Shown one piece after another: positions 52,699-62,445 of a DNA stretch of 64,000 bases; position 1 is the stretch's first letter, and every line of letters begins with the position of its first letter. The notes under the pieces are model-generated. The model did no database searches. It had not been told where the DNA came from and was given only the letters and a program-made list of their open reading frames with translations. The position numbers were made by a program, and so were the translations under genes. Source of the DNA: a virus. The stretch lies in IMG/VR virus record IMGVR_UViG_3300027743_000026, positions 8,470 through 72,469 of that record. One strand, given 5' to 3'.

Positions 52699-55600
52699 GT
52701 GGCAAGTTTTGTTGAGCAGGCAACTCTTGTTGTCAAAGATCAGTCGACTGCGCAGATCAACAAGATCAACGCGGCACTGAAAAAGCTGTTTGCCACGGCG
52801 AACTCACTCAAGTCGATCAAGGTTGACATCAAAGTCAACGACCGCGGAATCCAAAAGGCCATCACGGACATCAATCGGCTCAAGTCCGCTATGCGGGGCT
52901 TGAGCAGCACGACGGTCAACATCAAAGCTAACGCAGCTGGTCTGTCGAGTGCGATGCGACAGATCCAGCAGCTACGTGCCGCGGCGGCAAAACCAATCAC
53001 GGTTAATACGGCAGCAGCAGCCCGCCAAGCGGCGCGGACGCCGCCGCCTAGGCCAGCTGCAGCACCACCGGCACCACCAGCAAGGCGTCCACCTGGCGCA
53101 GCACCGGCGCCACTTGGTGGGCGTGGTGGTGGCGGTGGCTATATCCGCGGTCCGATTTCGGTCACTGGCGCCGTCGCGGTTACGAATATGGACGCGATGG
53201 CGGGTGCGATAGCACGCGCCACAGGACGCGCGGCAAAGGAAGGCTACAGTCAGGTTGACACTGCCGACACCAAGATGGCGTTGCAGCAGTACAGCAAGCC
53301 GACCCAAGACGCGATCAATCTCGCCGTTGACCAATTGCAACAGGACGCGCGGGATCGCAGAAATCCACAAACGGGTCAAGGAGGTGTGTACTGGAATCGC
53401 GCGCAACAGAAGGAATTACTTGTTGAGTCTATGAACACTGCCGGCGGTGATGTCGCCGGCGCTTCTTGGTTGGTGAAACAAGCGGAATCCTTGGCCAAGA
53501 TTGGCCATGGCATGGGGCAGACTCCCCAACAGGCGTACGAAGGCGCGCTGAGCTTCATCAAAGCCGGCGAACAGATGGGGCGCTTCCGCGACGTCGCGGG
53601 CAAGTTCGACTACGGCAGGGCTGAAGAATATTTCAACACGATGCGTCAGGCGGCCATACAGGTCGGTCGAGAATTTACCGGCCAGCGATGGCTCACGACT
53701 ATCGGTACGGCACAACAAGCGAAATACGGCCTCGACCCCAGAGGCATGATGACGATGGCGCTCGGCATGGAGGAGTCGGGTAGCAAGTTCGCCACCGGCA
53801 TTAATGAGCTGATCAAGCAGTTCACTGGCGCGCGTCTCGATAAAGGCAAGCTCGCGAATCTTGAGGCGCTCGGTCTGGTCGACAAAGGCATGTTGGATTC
53901 AAAGGGTAAGCCCTTTGCAAAAACCAAGGTTCCGACCCCGAAGACGCTCATGGACGTCATGAGCAAGGGCGCGACCGATGAGGGAGAGCTGCGCAGGAAT
54001 ATCCACGGTTGGGTGCAGGACCACGTCAAGCCAGCGATGCAAAAGCTGGGCTTGGATATCAATAAACAGGCTGACCTCACTCAGTTTGCCGCAAAGTTTG
54101 CCGGAAAGACTACTAGCGGCAAAGGTACTGACGCTCTCGTTAATCTGATCCAGCGTTCGCAGGAATGGGAGCAAGATATAAACCGCGCGCTGCTGCGCAG
54201 AGGTGATATCGAGGCTGGAGAAGCGGCGACGGAGGGATCTGGCCGAATTGCCGGTCAAGCGCTCAAGAATCAAATTCAGTCCACGCTCGGTGAAACCATC
54301 AACAAGATGGAGACCACATTCGTACCGCTCGCCTCGGGCATGGCCGAGAAGCTCAGCAAAGCGTCCGAGGCCATCAGCAAAGGCGAAGCACCGGACGCGC
54401 CTACGATGTTGGCCGCGGCAACTGCGGCAGCAGCAGCTGTCCCAGCGATAAGCCTGATGGGCATGGCGCAGGGCATACGCGCGTCGATGAGTGAAGACCC
54501 GGCGGTGTCATCGTTAGGTTCGGCTGGCACTTCGCTGAATGCAGCCGGTAGCGCGCTGACTTTTGCCGCGGGTGCGTTGGCGGCGGCAGCAGGCGTGAAA
54601 CTGCCTACTGATATGACGCCAGGTGGACCTGATAGTAAGAGGCCGGGTACGAGGCCTGGCGCGCCTAAACCAACGATGCCAGAAGCGCCGAAGGTGCCAC
54701 CTGGCGGACCAACTGGCGGACCCGCATCACGAATTGGAACTGCCCTGAGGTGGTTGTTGCGTCCGGCGGCGCTCGCCGTAGGTGCTGTGACCGGTGTCAC
54801 GGCGGCGACAATCTTAGCGCTGTCGACGCGACCGGTGGGTGGCAAGAGCAACCAACCTGAGTTGGAGCGGCTCAATGATTCTTTGGAGGATTACAATAAA
54901 ATTGCTCGACGGTACACGGAAGCGGAGGCCGAGAAGAAGAAGCTTACTGAAGGTGTGACAAGTGGAGAAATTAAACCGGATCAATACGAGGCAACGCGGG
55001 CCAAAATCAATGCCCTCAATGCTGAGCTACTTGGTCTGGAACAGCGAGCGGCAGCGGCTCGCAAGATCATCGAGGGAGAAGGCAAAACCTTGATGGAGCG
55101 GGCTGCTGAACAGGCGAAGAAAGACGCAGCGGAAGCTGAAGCCGATAAGAAAAAGAAGGCCACCGCCGAAAAGGCTCGGATGACAGAGCTAGAGAGACAA
55201 GCCGCTGAGCGGCGCGCAGCAGCAAAAAAGCGGGGCGAAGAGCAACCTGACCCCAACAAGGTGTATCCAGAGCCGAAGCCGAGCACGCCATACGTTCCCA
55301 AACCGCCGCTACCGCCCGGTGAGGTGGTGCCGGTGAAAGTTGTCGACCAAGAGGGAGGACCAAGAGCAGATGGTAAAGTTCTTGGTCCACCGCCGGGAGG
55401 CGTAACGCCGGCGCAAGCCGCAACATCTCAGATCGACCTCGCTGGTCAGCTCACATCGGCTGCGCCCGCCATCGGCGCGGCAATGGCCGAGCCCATACTC
55501 GCGGCGTCTTTGAGCATCGGAGAAGCGATCGCTGCGCCGATACAGACGGCGATGGAAACTATTGGGACAGAGCTTGGGACACAGCTTGGGGCCTCAATCA

Positions 55601-55872
55601 CCGAGCCGATCGCAACGGCCGGTGCGTCATTTGCTGCAGCGTTCGGAGCGGTGGGTGCTCAGGTCACCGCCGCTGGTGCCGCGCTTGCCGCCGGCGGCAC
55701 ACAAGCCGCCGCGGCGATTTCTGCTGGAGCGTCGGCTGCAGGCAGCGCCTATGGCGCAGCCGCAGCCGCAAAAATATCGGCCGCGGTCGCCAACGTCTCC
55801 ATTAACGTGAATCATACCGGCAGCGCCGGTGGCGCCGGTGGCAGTCCCGGCCCGGCGAAAGAAGCCAACTAA
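52699..55872 (+). CDS. Tape measure protein
   Basis: Longest Ala-rich helical ORF; N-terminal L...DQ.T..I.KI. Confidence 0.9.
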   Translation: MASFVEQATLVVKDQSTAQINKINAALKKLFATANSLKSIKVDIKVNDRGIQKAITDINRLKSAMRGLSSTTVNIKANAAGLSSAMRQIQQLRAAAAKPITVNTAAAARQAARTPPPRPAAAPPAPPARRPPGAAPAPLGGRGGGGGYIRGPISVTGAVAVTNMDAMAGAIARATGRAAKEGYSQVDTADTKMALQQYSKPTQDAINLAVDQLQQDARDRRNPQTGQGGVYWNRAQQKELLVESMNTAGGDVAGASWLVKQAESLAKIGHGMGQTPQQAYEGALSFIKAGEQMGRFRDVAGKFDYGRAEEYFNTMRQAAIQVGREFTGQRWLTTIGTAQQAKYGLDPRGMMTMALGMEESGSKFATGINELIKQFTGARLDKGKLANLEALGLVDKGMLDSKGKPFAKTKVPTPKTLMDVMSKGATDEGELRRNIHGWVQDHVKPAMQKLGLDINKQADLTQFAAKFAGKTTSGKGTDALVNLIQRSQEWEQDINRALLRRGDIEAGEAATEGSGRIAGQALKNQIQSTLGETINKMETTFVPLASGMAEKLSKASEAISKGEAPDAPTMLAAATAAAAAVPAISLMGMAQGIRASMSEDPAVSSLGSAGTSLNAAGSALTFAAGALAAAAGVKLPTDMTPGGPDSKRPGTRPGAPKPTMPEAPKVPPGGPTGGPASRIGTALRWLLRPAALAVGAVTGVTAATILALSTRPVGGKSNQPELERLNDSLEDYNKIARRYTEAEAEKKKLTEGVTSGEIKPDQYEATRAKINALNAELLGLEQRAAAARKIIEGEGKTLMERAAEQAKKDAAEAEADKKKKATAEKARMTELERQAAERRAAAKKRGEEQPDPNKVYPEPKPSTPYVPKPPLPPGEVVPVKVVDQEGGPRADGKVLGPPPGGVTPAQAATSQIDLAGQLTSAAPAIGAAMAEPILAASLSIGEAIAAPIQTAMETIGTELGTQLGASITEPIATAGASFAAAFGAVGAQVTAAGAALAAGGTQAAAAISAGASAAGSAYGAAAAAKISAAVANVSINVNHTGSAGGAGGSPGPAKEAN

Positions 55873-57141
55873 ATGTCGGAACACAACTGTGCCATCGGCA
55901 AAGACTATGTCCCGGCTTCGTTCAAAGGTGTCGGCTTCCAATGCACTGAGGTCGACGTCGAAGGCGGACGCCGCGGTGCCGAGGGTGAATTCCCGTTCGG
56001 CGAAATCACCGCGTATGCCGATCTCGGCCGCAAGATTCAAGTGTACCATCTCACGGCCGTGTTTCGTGCCGATGACCACGTCACCGACAGCCACTCGTTG
56101 TTTCAGGCCTGCCAGTCGCCTGGTCCCGGCATCCTTGTGCATCCGACCCGCGGCACTGTTCTCGCCGCCTGCCGCGCAATCAAGCTCAAGGACAATCTAG
56201 AAGAGGCTGGCGAGAGCACGGCGGAATTAGAGTTCGTCGAGGCCAACGGCATCGGCGTCAGCGGTCCGACCTCGGGCCCCGGCTTCGCCTCGCTCTTTGG
56301 TATTATCATCAGCCCGCTTAACGACCTGTCGCGGGAGATGTTCCTGGCGGAATACACGCCCAGGCTGGTGGCGCAGCCGTGGCGAGCTGATGTCATCAAC
56401 CGCGCCCAGATCCTGGTCGCTGCCGTCGCTCAGGTGACGATTCACGCTCTGACTGTGCAATCATCAACCAATGAGTGGCGCGCTGCGCTAGCCATGGAGG
56501 ATGTAGCCAAGGACGACGGGCTCGCCTCCGACCCAGAGAAAGTCGAGGAGGCGCTGTTCACCGGCTTCAAGTTCATCTCCAGTAAGATCCAGAACGCCGA
56601 CAGCCGCTACAAGATCTTTCGCAGTCTGGTGAACTTCGCCTCGTTCACGTCATACCATCCCGTGCACGTTGCGCAGACCAGCGAAGAGGCGGTGCTCAGC
56701 CGCCATCGTCTTCTCGGTGCCATCGGTATGGCGGAAGCGGCGATGGGCCGGAAGTATCGGCACCTCGGCGAGGGCCTGGCGACGATGGAGGAAGTCCTCA
56801 AGGTGTTCGAGGACGAGGCCAGGATCGCCTACGACGAATGCAACAACGGGCTCTTCCTGGAGATCAGGCGCTACGCGGTCGAGTTCAGCAAGATGATGCA
56901 CGACATGACCTACCGGCTGCCGGGTCGGGTCATTGTCGATTATAGCGGTGGGGTCCACCCGCTGGTCGCGTCGTACGTCCTCTACAAGGACGCCAAGCGT
57001 CATCGTGAGCTTGAGCAGACCAACATCGTCGACGCCAACGGGCGCTTCCAACAACTTGTGGTCGGGTTGACGCCAGGCGGTCCAGCCTCCGGCGGACAGG
57101 TCCGCATTTTCCCGATCCAACCTGCTTACATCCCGCGATGA
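55873..57141 (+). CDS. Mu gpN-like DNA circularization protein
   Basis: ASFKGV.F...GGRR....EFP......DLGR...GPG.LVHP..G. Confidence 0.88.
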   Translation: MSEHNCAIGKDYVPASFKGVGFQCTEVDVEGGRRGAEGEFPFGEITAYADLGRKIQVYHLTAVFRADDHVTDSHSLFQACQSPGPGILVHPTRGTVLAACRAIKLKDNLEEAGESTAELEFVEANGIGVSGPTSGPGFASLFGIIISPLNDLSREMFLAEYTPRLVAQPWRADVINRAQILVAAVAQVTIHALTVQSSTNEWRAALAMEDVAKDDGLASDPEKVEEALFTGFKFISSKIQNADSRYKIFRSLVNFASFTSYHPVHVAQTSEEAVLSRHRLLGAIGMAEAAMGRKYRHLGEGLATMEEVLKVFEDEARIAYDECNNGLFLEIRRYAVEFSKMMHDMTYRLPGRVIVDYSGGVHPLVASYVLYKDAKRHRELEQTNIVDANGRFQQLVVGLTPGGPASGGQVRIFPIQPAYIPR

Positions 57142-58508
57142 AGCCAGTTGTGATTACGTGCGGCGGCGGTCCGATCGAAACCTGGACCGAGATGACGCTC
57201 AACCGCAAGAAAGAGAACCTTACCGGCCAGCTATCGGTCACCATTTTTGCCGGAGCCGCGCCGAGCAAGCCCATATTGGTGGCGGCAAAAGCCGGCGCTC
57301 CCATTCAAGTCTACATCGCAGGTCAGCTGGCATTCACCGGCTACGTTGATGCGCGCACCGGCACCGGCGCGCACACCGGCGACAAGGGAACTGCAGACAG
57401 TTCTGGCGGACAGGAGACCGAAGGCACGAGCGGCGAGGGTGGCGGCTCGATGAGCGTCAACATCGGCCCGAATGAATACACGGTCAAAATCGCGGCCCGC
57501 GGTAAGACCAGGCGATTGGTCGACAGCTCACATCAGCATCCGACCACCAACATGCTGAAGCCGACCACGAAGGACGTGGTCCAGAAGTTGGTGGAGCCGT
57601 TCAAGACCCAGGTCGAATGGCTTGGCCAGGTGATCAAGCTCGACAAGGTGCGTTTTCGCGACGGCGCCCGCGTGATTGACGAACTCAACCGGGTGCAGAA
57701 CGAAAATTGCTACTTCATGTACGAGACCCGCGACGGGAAATTACGGGTCACGGATGGTGTCGGTCCTGGAGGCGGTGGCGATGCGCTCATCCTTGGCTAC
57801 AACATTTTACGTTTTTCTGCTGAGCAGTCAGACGATAAAGCCAAGAGCAAGGTCAAAGCCAAGGGCCAACGCACCGAGAAGAAAAAGTGGGGCGAGGAAG
57901 CCCTGCTTAAAACCTACAAAGAGGTAAAGGACGCCTGGGTCAAAGACTTCGTGCCGCACACCGTGCAGCATAACGGTGACGCCACCGACATGGAGCTGGA
58001 GCGCCGCGCGCGGTTCGAAATGAACAAGCGCAGCTCCGAAAGCAAGAAGATCACAATCGAGGTGTTTCATGTGCAGTCGCCGTCTGGCGCGCCGTGGGAC
58101 ATCGGGAATGTTCACTATGTTGAGGTGCCACCCGAGGGCATCTTCGACATGTTCGAGTGCATCGATCTGACCTACCACGTCGATGCCCACAAGGAACTTA
58201 AGACCACGCTGATCCTCTCACCACCACCATCCAGTGGAGGCGGCGGCAGCAGTCCTGGTGGCAGCGGTGTCGGCTACGGGTTGGACAAGATCGATTTCAA
58301 TACCGGCCGCGCGCGTCGCCTGCAGGCCGGGATCGAGTTGAAGCCTGATGAATACCCGCAGCCGTGGTGTCCGCCGATGCTCAGCGAGTTGCCGCAGATG
58401 ACGCTCGAGGACGCAATCGCCAAAGGCATCACCGAGGATTACGAAAAGGATGACAAGAACGAGCGCGATGCCCCGCTGACGCTGCCACCTTGGTTTGAGG
58501 ATCAATGA
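57138..58508 (+). CDS. Baseplate hub protein (Mu gp44/gpP-like)
   Basis: TGYVD; RGKT..LVDSS; L.LG.NI. Confidence 0.85.
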   Translation: MKPVVITCGGGPIETWTEMTLNRKKENLTGQLSVTIFAGAAPSKPILVAAKAGAPIQVYIAGQLAFTGYVDARTGTGAHTGDKGTADSSGGQETEGTSGEGGGSMSVNIGPNEYTVKIAARGKTRRLVDSSHQHPTTNMLKPTTKDVVQKLVEPFKTQVEWLGQVIKLDKVRFRDGARVIDELNRVQNENCYFMYETRDGKLRVTDGVGPGGGGDALILGYNILRFSAEQSDDKAKSKVKAKGQRTEKKKWGEEALLKTYKEVKDAWVKDFVPHTVQHNGDATDMELERRARFEMNKRSSESKKITIEVFHVQSPSGAPWDIGNVHYVEVPPEGIFDMFECIDLTYHVDAHKELKTTLILSPPPSSGGGGSSPGGSGVGYGLDKIDFNTGRARRLQAGIELKPDEYPQPWCPPMLSELPQMTLEDAIAKGITEDYEKDDKNERDAPLTLPPWFEDQ

Positions 58509-58509
58509 A

Positions 58510-59292
58510 ATGACGTCGTACACGCATTATCGCGAGTCCAAGCGCGACCAGCAGGATCACATCGAGCGCCACGTCTGGGGAGAGCAGAAATATGTGAAGG
58601 GTGCCGGCTCGATTATCAAGGTGCGCGGCACCGATACCAAGGACGAGGAGACCGCGGTCACTGTGGTCGGCTCCGGCACCTCGTTCAATCTTAAAAAGGA
58701 TCACAACGCCGAGGTGTTCGAACTCTCCGGCGGAGCCGACACCACACTCAAATTGGCGATCCTGACCATCCCGCGCGACAAGCAGCGCAGATGGAAGGAG
58801 GAGCACGGTGGTGTGCAGAACCCGCTCGATGACGAGTGGGCGCTCGATTTCGGCAAGGAGAAAGCGCACATCACCAAAAAGGAATTCGCGGTTGGCAAGG
58901 ACGGTGAGTTCGAGATCACCAAAGACAAGAACGTGTATTTCCGCCTCGATGGCGACAAGAAGTTCATCATCGACGGTGAGTTGATCGTCAACAAGCTGAT
59001 CAAGACGCCGCAGATCGTGCAGGGCAAGGAGAAGCCCCCGGGCTTCCAGGGCAACGAGCAAGCCGAGGCCAGCGATGACGACAGCAGCGGTGGCGGCGGT
59101 GGTGGCGGCGGTGCGGGCGTGGCTTCGGCTTCGTTCCAAGCGGAAGCGCCGCGCGATGTGATGGGCGACGTCGTCGAAGCTATCCGCGCGCTGAAGAACG
59201 CGCTGTCCTGGTTGCCAGAAAACCTACCGGCCGAGGTGCGCGCGGAGTTCACCAGTCTGCAGACAGCGATAGGCGAGGCCACCCATGGATGA
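58510..59292 (+). CDS. Baseplate spike (Mu gp45-like) with C-terminal extension
   Basis: Position; beta-rich middle; Gly linker and helical tail. Confidence 0.65.
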   Translation: MTSYTHYRESKRDQQDHIERHVWGEQKYVKGAGSIIKVRGTDTKDEETAVTVVGSGTSFNLKKDHNAEVFELSGGADTTLKLAILTIPRDKQRRWKEEHGGVQNPLDDEWALDFGKEKAHITKKEFAVGKDGEFEITKDKNVYFRLDGDKKFIIDGELIVNKLIKTPQIVQGKEKPPGFQGNEQAEASDDDSSGGGGGGGGAGVASASFQAEAPRDVMGDVVEAIRALKNALSWLPENLPAEVRAEFTSLQTAIGEATHG

Positions 59293-59875
59293 TGCCGCCT
59301 GCCTAGATAAAGACGTAGGTCGTCGTCGCATTTTCTGGACCACCAGGCCGGAAGCCTGTGGCGCCTACGATATGTGCGGCCATGCGTGCTCGATCCCCGG
59401 CCTTGAGTACGTCGATAGGCTAGACCTTCCATACCCGGACTCGAGTCCGCCAGGCACTGCGGATATTGGCTATCGCACGATATCGAACGACGAGTGGGTG
59501 CGCGGGCTGATCCTTAACATCATCAACACTCGTGCGCGCAACGACCGGCCTTGCCCGAGCCCGGCCTCGGTGTACGGTCATTGGTCAGAATCCTTCTTTC
59601 GTGAAGGTGAGTGGCTCTACATCGGCTCGACGCTGTGGAACGCCGCGGAAAAGCTATACGCCCGTTGTCAAGACGCGGTGAAGGCGATCGAGGCGGCCAT
59701 CCGCGCTGACATGGGCAAGCTGATTGCCCAAGGCATTGTCCAATCGGTCGCGGTGCACGCGGTCTATCACCGACAAAGTCACGTCGATGTCATGATCGAC
59801 ACCGTGACGTCGACCGGTCGAACCCGCATCGATCTATCTGGTGCGTTCGTTTCCGAGTCCTGGATATGGCGCTAA
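59285..59875 (+). CDS. Baseplate wedge protein (Mu gp46-like)
   Basis: T.AR...GHW..SF....GS.LW. Confidence 0.8.
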   Translation: MDDAACLDKDVGRRRIFWTTRPEACGAYDMCGHACSIPGLEYVDRLDLPYPDSSPPGTADIGYRTISNDEWVRGLILNIINTRARNDRPCPSPASVYGHWSESFFREGEWLYIGSTLWNAAEKLYARCQDAVKAIEAAIRADMGKLIAQGIVQSVAVHAVYHRQSHVDVMIDTVTSTGRTRIDLSGAFVSESWIWR

Positions 59876-59879
59876 ACCA

Positions 59880-61109
59880 ATGGCATGCGTCATTCTCCGA
59901 CCCGAACCGCAGGTGCTGTTCGATCGCCTGCGAAATTCGTTTTCCAACACCGTTCTCGGTGGTGGAAAAGTCATCCCTGAATCCAATGAATGGTACGTCA
60001 TTGCCAATGACTACGCCGCGGCCGAACAGTTTTACGCGGTGGCCGATCAGATGTGGCGGGAGCGCAATCCCGAGACGGCGTGTTGCGAAAATCTTTACAT
60101 CATGGCGGCTCAAAATGGTGTGTTTCCACGGCCACCGTCACACGCCGAGGGCTACGCCAAGCTGACCGGCGTGCCCCATACTCCAGTGCCGGCCTACTTC
60201 GAGATCAGCACAACGCTCGGCATATTTGTTTCCGTCGGCTCGATCCCAATTGAGTTGTCGCAAGAAGGTGAGGTCATTGTTCGCATTCGGGCGATGACAC
60301 CGGGTTCGCAGATGAATGCGACCGGCACCGTCACCGAAGGTACGCTGACCACCTCGGCGCCGAACATCAACGCGGCTGTGCAGATTTGCGGGGGCCAATT
60401 CTGCGGTGGAGCGGAAGAGGAAGACTGCGAGACGTTCCGCAAGCGCTACCTCAACCGGCTCGCCTACCACCCGCGCGCCACCATGGCGTGGATCAAAGAA
60501 AAATTTCTCGAGTTCCCGTGCGCGACCAGAGTGTGCATCCGCGAGGGTTCGTGCTGCCGCTGCAATCCGGACTGTGAGTGCAGCCAGGATTGCGGTTGTA
60601 AAAATTGCGGAAACAACATGAATTTTTACGTGTTGTTCGACACCGCGTTTCCTTGCGGCATTCCTCCGCCCAACGTGGTCGAGGACATCACGCGCTGGAT
60701 GTTCGGCGAGCATCAAGGCTATGGCGAGGGCCAGGTCGAGATCGGCGTGTGTGGCCAGGTTTTCAATATCAAGCCGCTGCCGGTCAACGTCATCATCGAC
60801 ATCGCCGGCTGTCCGAGCGTGGCGCAGAAGCAGCTGATTGATAACGACGTCCGTGCGCTATTCCAGCGTATTTGCCCATCGATACCACTGTGCGCCAAGC
60901 AGATCGATTTGATCATCGCCGCTGTGATCGGCGCTGAGATCAATGCCGCAGCCCGGTTCGAGATACCAGGCTACGAGGAGAAGAGGCCGCCCTATCCGCG
61001 TGAGCTGGTCTACATCAATGAGGGTTGCTGTATCGAGCCGGAGTGCGACGTCCTGCCGTGCATCAACGAGGTGATCTTTAACCTGCCGCAGACCGGGCTG
61101 CCCTGCTGA
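59880..61109 (+). CDS. Baseplate J-like protein (Mu gp47)
   Basis: P.TA..E.L...A...G..PRP...A.G; GGAE.E....FR.R.L. Confidence 0.88.
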   Translation: MACVILRPEPQVLFDRLRNSFSNTVLGGGKVIPESNEWYVIANDYAAAEQFYAVADQMWRERNPETACCENLYIMAAQNGVFPRPPSHAEGYAKLTGVPHTPVPAYFEISTTLGIFVSVGSIPIELSQEGEVIVRIRAMTPGSQMNATGTVTEGTLTTSAPNINAAVQICGGQFCGGAEEEDCETFRKRYLNRLAYHPRATMAWIKEKFLEFPCATRVCIREGSCCRCNPDCECSQDCGCKNCGNNMNFYVLFDTAFPCGIPPPNVVEDITRWMFGEHQGYGEGQVEIGVCGQVFNIKPLPVNVIIDIAGCPSVAQKQLIDNDVRALFQRICPSIPLCAKQIDLIIAAVIGAEINAAARFEIPGYEEKRPPYPRELVYINEGCCIEPECDVLPCINEVIFNLPQTGLPC

Positions 61110-62050
61110 TGACCGACACCTATGAGTACATGGAGCGGCTCGGTATCGAGAATGTGCTGACCGCCGATGGTTGCCAGGACGTCAAGCATAACGATTGGTA
61201 CTACTGCTGCGCACCGCCGCTGTGCGGAAATGACCTCTGCTGCACATTCGTCGATTTCTTCCAGCTGCTGCCATCCGGGCCGCTATGGGATCACTGGAAG
61301 CGCAAGGCGATCGAGTACTTCCAGGTCAGCGACGATGTTTCGAAGTGTCCGCTGGTCAAGGACCCGGCCTGCCCGTCGCTGATCCTGCATTCGATTTATA
61401 CCGTGCTGAAGCTGCGGTCCTACGTCCACGGTCCGCTGTGGGAGGCATTGCGCGAGTCCAATCCCTATACCGCCATCACAACCATCGACTATCACCTGGA
61501 GCGGCTCAAGTGGGAAGACTGCTATCTGCAGCATTGCCGCGCCGTTCTGCTCGGCGACATCACGCCGTACGAAATATGGACCGAGTGCGGGCCGGTGTTC
61601 TGTCCGCCAGGGTTTTCCGATGAGCTTCTCTGTGCGGTCAAGCGCAACATCGCGATCGCGCTGACCAGGGCGCAGATGGGCGTGATCAAGAACCTGTGCG
61701 GGCTGAACTGGGTGATCGAACCGCTCGGGGCCAAGCTCACTGCGAGGTACACACCCGCGCCGAACCACGATCTGCCGCTCAATCCGCTTGAGCCTTGCGA
61801 TTCTCCGTGCGACCGCAGCGAACTCGCATTCGAGATTTGCTACACGCAGGATTGGATCTACGGCTGCGATGATGGCGACGTCTGCACAACGCAAGAACTG
61901 CCACCAAAGATCCAGGCTTACTGGGATCGGGCCTGCGATACCGCTGCTGGACTCCCGGCGCGGATTTGGCCTGGGGTTCTCGCAGCGGAATGTATCGTGC
62001 GCTCGATGCTGCCGTCGAACTGCCCTAACAACATTTTCAGGTGTTGCTGA
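61109..62050 (+). CDS. Baseplate wedge protein (Mu gp48-like), very Cys-rich
   Basis: LLP.G.LW; L.E..P.TA..T. Confidence 0.75.
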   Translation: MTDTYEYMERLGIENVLTADGCQDVKHNDWYYCCAPPLCGNDLCCTFVDFFQLLPSGPLWDHWKRKAIEYFQVSDDVSKCPLVKDPACPSLILHSIYTVLKLRSYVHGPLWEALRESNPYTAITTIDYHLERLKWEDCYLQHCRAVLLGDITPYEIWTECGPVFCPPGFSDELLCAVKRNIAIALTRAQMGVIKNLCGLNWVIEPLGAKLTARYTPAPNHDLPLNPLEPCDSPCDRSELAFEICYTQDWIYGCDDGDVCTTQELPPKIQAYWDRACDTAAGLPARIWPGVLAAECIVRSMLPSNCPNNIFRCC

Positions 62051-62445
62051 TGTCCAGCATTCTCCCAAGTCTCGAGACGGGTGGGGCGGTCATCTATCGC
62101 GATGCCGACGGCGTGGCGCTCAATCCAGTCGACGTCACCAACGCCTATTCACCGCCGCCTACTTTCATCTCGAGTTGTCCGCTCACGGCGCTGCCGACGA
62201 CCTGCGAAGCGCGGATCGAGCCGGGGCAGATCAATGCCATCGTCTCGGAGCTGATCGCGCTTGCCGAGTGCTTCGATCCGGACGGACCGTGGGACTGCGC
62301 CTCAGTACAGAACCTGTGCACCGCGTTCACCGTGTGGAAGGTGGAGGGTGTCACAGTCAGTGTGCAAGGGCCGGAATTGGCTGGTGACGGCAGCGCCGGG
62401 GATCCGATCCGAATCGTCGAGATCGACGGCGGGGAATACGTCTGA
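62050..62445 (+). CDS. Tail-fibre attachment-like protein
   Basis: NAI.SE...L; position. Confidence 0.55.
   Translation: MSSILPSLETGGAVIYRDADGVALNPVDVTNAYSPPPTFISSCPLTALPTTCEARIEPGQINAIVSELIALAECFDPDGPWDCASVQNLCTAFTVWKVEGVTVSVQGPELAGDGSAGDPIRIVEIDGGEYV

Noticed and set aside
55873-62050. Transposable Mu-like phage or T6SS/tailocin
   Set aside because: There is no transposase, and a full head/terminase module plus its own polymerase are present; only the tail is Mu-like.
49103-62050. Genetic-code reassignment as the cause of the Cys excess
   Set aside because: The Cys residues are encoded by ordinary TGC/TGT, genes end at normal stops including TGA, and neighbouring genes are Cys-free.
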